Shown here in pieces: positions 61,677-64,000 of a DNA stretch of 64,000 nucleotides. The notes under the pieces are model-generated. The model did no database searches. It worked only from the letters and a program-made list of their open reading frames with translations, and was not told where the DNA came from. Origin of the DNA: Phaeosaccion multiseriatum (taxonomy: Eukaryota; Protista; Ochrophyta, other classes); NCBI GenBank assembly GCA_965112735.1, contig OZ218963.1, forward strand, positions 496,001 through 560,000, in the 5' to 3' direction. Within the stretch, counting starts at the first letter, position 1. The number at the start of each line of letters is the position of its first letter. Made by a program: the position numbers and the translations under genes.

Positions 61677-63111
61677 ATGAAGGCGGGCTTGTTCTTGGCC
61701 AGCTTACTGCTGCTCGGGTATGCTCCCCAGCAGTCCTCGGTCGGGCTCGTTGCGGCTGCGGAAGATGCGGCGGCGAAGGCGGCAGAGGGTGGGGCGGCGG
61801 AAGCATTGAGCGACACACTGAGTCCTGCCTTTGAAGAACAGCTACAGGAGACGGCCGAGGCTTTCGAGTTCCAGGCGGAGGTAAAAAATGGTCCCTATAC
61901 AAGCTGTTTGCTGCTGTTGCTGGAACTACCGTTGAGTTCTCCGTCTGTTGCTTGTCAGGAGCAATCTTCTCTTTGTTCATCGAAATCTCTCTGGATCTAT
62001 GGTGGATCTATGCCTGTTTGTCAGCCCTTCGCGGGCTTGCATCCACAGTGGCCCAACATGTTCTCGTCCAGACCCTCACAGCTCTCAGTCTTGGTGGCTC
62101 TGTCTATGCTCGTGAGCTGTGAGGCGCTGAACATGGCCCAGCGACTGTATACGTGGCACTTTGGTGTATACTCCTCCCTCTGCCCTTCCTCACTCCCTCA
62201 CTCCCTCTCTCCTTCCCTCCCTCCCCTCCCTGTCTCTCCTCCTCCCACCTCTTTCTTCGGCCCCATCCCTACGCCCTCCTCCACCCCCCCACAACCACAC
62301 ACCCCCTCACCCGCTTTACCGAATTCATCTTAACACACCCCACACCCGCTGCGCGCGCCGCACAATTCCCTCTCCCTCTCTATCTATCTATGCCTCTCTC
62401 TCTCTCTCGTTGTCTCTCTCTCCCTCTCTCGTACTACCTCTCGCTCTCTCCGTACCTCCCTCCCTTCCCCCCTCGTTCGCTCTCTCTCTCACTCAGGTGA
62501 ACCGACTGATGGACATCATCATCAACTCCCTCTACAAAAACAAGGAAATCTTCTTGAGGGAACTCATCTCCAACGCCAGCGACGCCCTCGATAAGATCCG
62601 CTTCCTCTCTGTGCAGGACAAAGATCTGCTTGGCGACACACGCGAACTTCGGATTCGAATCAAGGCAGATGCTGCGGCCCGTACCCTCACCATCAGTGAT
62701 ACTGGAGTGGGTATGACGAGGGCCGACCTCATTGCCAACTTGGGAACCGTGGCCAAGTCAGGTAAGGGATGGCGGTGGATGGAAGGGGAGAGGGAGGGAG
62801 GAAAGGGGGGAACTGAGTGGAGTGGAGTGAGTGGGTCAGGAGGAGGAGGAGGAGGAGGAGGAGGAGGAGGAGGAAGAAGAGGAGGATGGCAGGACCATAC
62901 CTTACTGTCCTCACCTACTCACACCCCTCATCACTCCGCTCACGCACCCCTTCAACCCCCCACCTCCCCGCGCCTCCTCCCTCCTCCCTCCTCTTCCTCC
63001 TCCTCCTCCCTCCTCTTCCTCCTCCTCCTCCCTCCTCCTCCTCCTCCTCCTCCTCCTCCCTCCTCCTCCTCCTCCTCCTCCTCCTCCTCCTCCCTCCTCC
63101 TCCTCCTCCTC

Positions 63112-63146
<35 letters not shown>

Positions 63147-63161
63147 CTTCTCCTCCTCCTC

Positions 63162-63196
<35 letters not shown>

Positions 63197-64000
63197 TCCT
63201 CCTCCTCCTCCTCCTCCTCCTCCTCCTCCTCCCCCTCCTCCTCCTCCTCCTCCTACCCCACTTCACAGGGACCTCAAACTTTGTCGAGGCCCTTACCGAG
63301 GGCGGCGACCTCTCCCTCATTGGACAGTTCGGGGTAGGCTTTTACTCCATCTACCTCGTGGCGGACAAGGTTCAGGTCAGTTTCCAGTTTGGATTTGTGC
63401 AGTGCAGGTCAGGTTCTTACTGTGTAAGTTTTTAGTTTCAGTGTCACAGGCTGAAAGCTCTCGCTTGCGGTGTTTACGGCTCACCAGTTATGCCTTGTCA
63501 GCTTACCTTTTTTATTCATTTTTGATTCATTTGTCATCCATCCCGTGTCGAATGTGTCGATCGATCTCAAATGTGTATATTATGTCGATGTATGTCGAAA
63601 TCGATAAAAAAAAAAAAAAAAAAACGATTCCGTGTACGCAGGTTATCTCCAAGAACAACGCTGACGACCAGTATGTTTGGGAGTCCACGGCTGACTCCCA
63701 ATTCACTGTCAGCAAGGACCCCCGGGGAAACACCCTCGGCAGGGGCACAGACATTGTGCTGCACTTGAAGGAGGACGCCGGTGAGGGGATGGCAGTGGAT
63801 GGGGTGAGGGGGGTTGGGAAGTAGTGGATGGCCGTGGATGGCAGTGGATGGGCAGTGGATGGCAGTGGATGGCAGTGGATGGGCAGTTGGCAATGGGTGG
63901 ATGGTCAGGACAGTGGGTGGGTGTCAGGACAGAGGGTGGGTGTCAGGACAGAGGGTGAGGGGAGTGGTTGCGTGCTTGGGAGGGTGGATGGGGAGCACTT
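61677..64000 (+). CDS. HSP90B1: ER-type HSP90 (GRP94/endoplasmin), 3'-truncated by the window
   Basis: Signal peptide [14 protein letters not shown]. Exons at 61677-61880, 62497-62761, 63269-63375 and 63642-63780 give FEFQAE|[45 protein letters not shown]|[15 protein letters not shown] and [11 protein letters not shown]. Confidence 0.95.

Overview
GC-rich, intron-dense eukaryotic nuclear DNA with GT-AG spliceosomal introns. The gene set and the (GGGA)n/(CA)n-packed introns suggest a photosynthetic stramenopile, possibly a eustigmatophyte; this is inference only. Multi-exon core genes: a SEL1-repeat protein (5'-truncated), an SLC13/SLT-type Na+/sulfate transporter with TrkA-C domains, a PH-domain protein, mitochondrial Lon protease, a BSD-domain protein, RPL3 and ER HSP90 (GRP94, 3'-truncated). 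Two accessory patches interrupt these. (1) At ~4.6-18.5 kb, two inverted copies of a bacterial-type phage tail-collar (MdpB-like) gene that has gained a spliceosomal intron (one intact, one pseudogenised) bracket two decayed ankyrin paralogs, a ~4.7-kb intronless ORF with a repeated motif and a secreted VWD-like protein. (2) At ~35.4-38.6 kb, a head-to-head intronless pair of F-box-like/ankyrin and F-box-like/FNIP genes resembles giant-virus gene families. The main non-coding signal is a strong polarity of several intronic minisatellite families: the G-rich strand lies near donors and the C-rich reverse complement lies near acceptors, sometimes forming perfect inverted repeats across one intron. 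Most short ORFs in the supplied track are microsatellite artefacts. All family assignments come from motif recognition by eye, not database searches.
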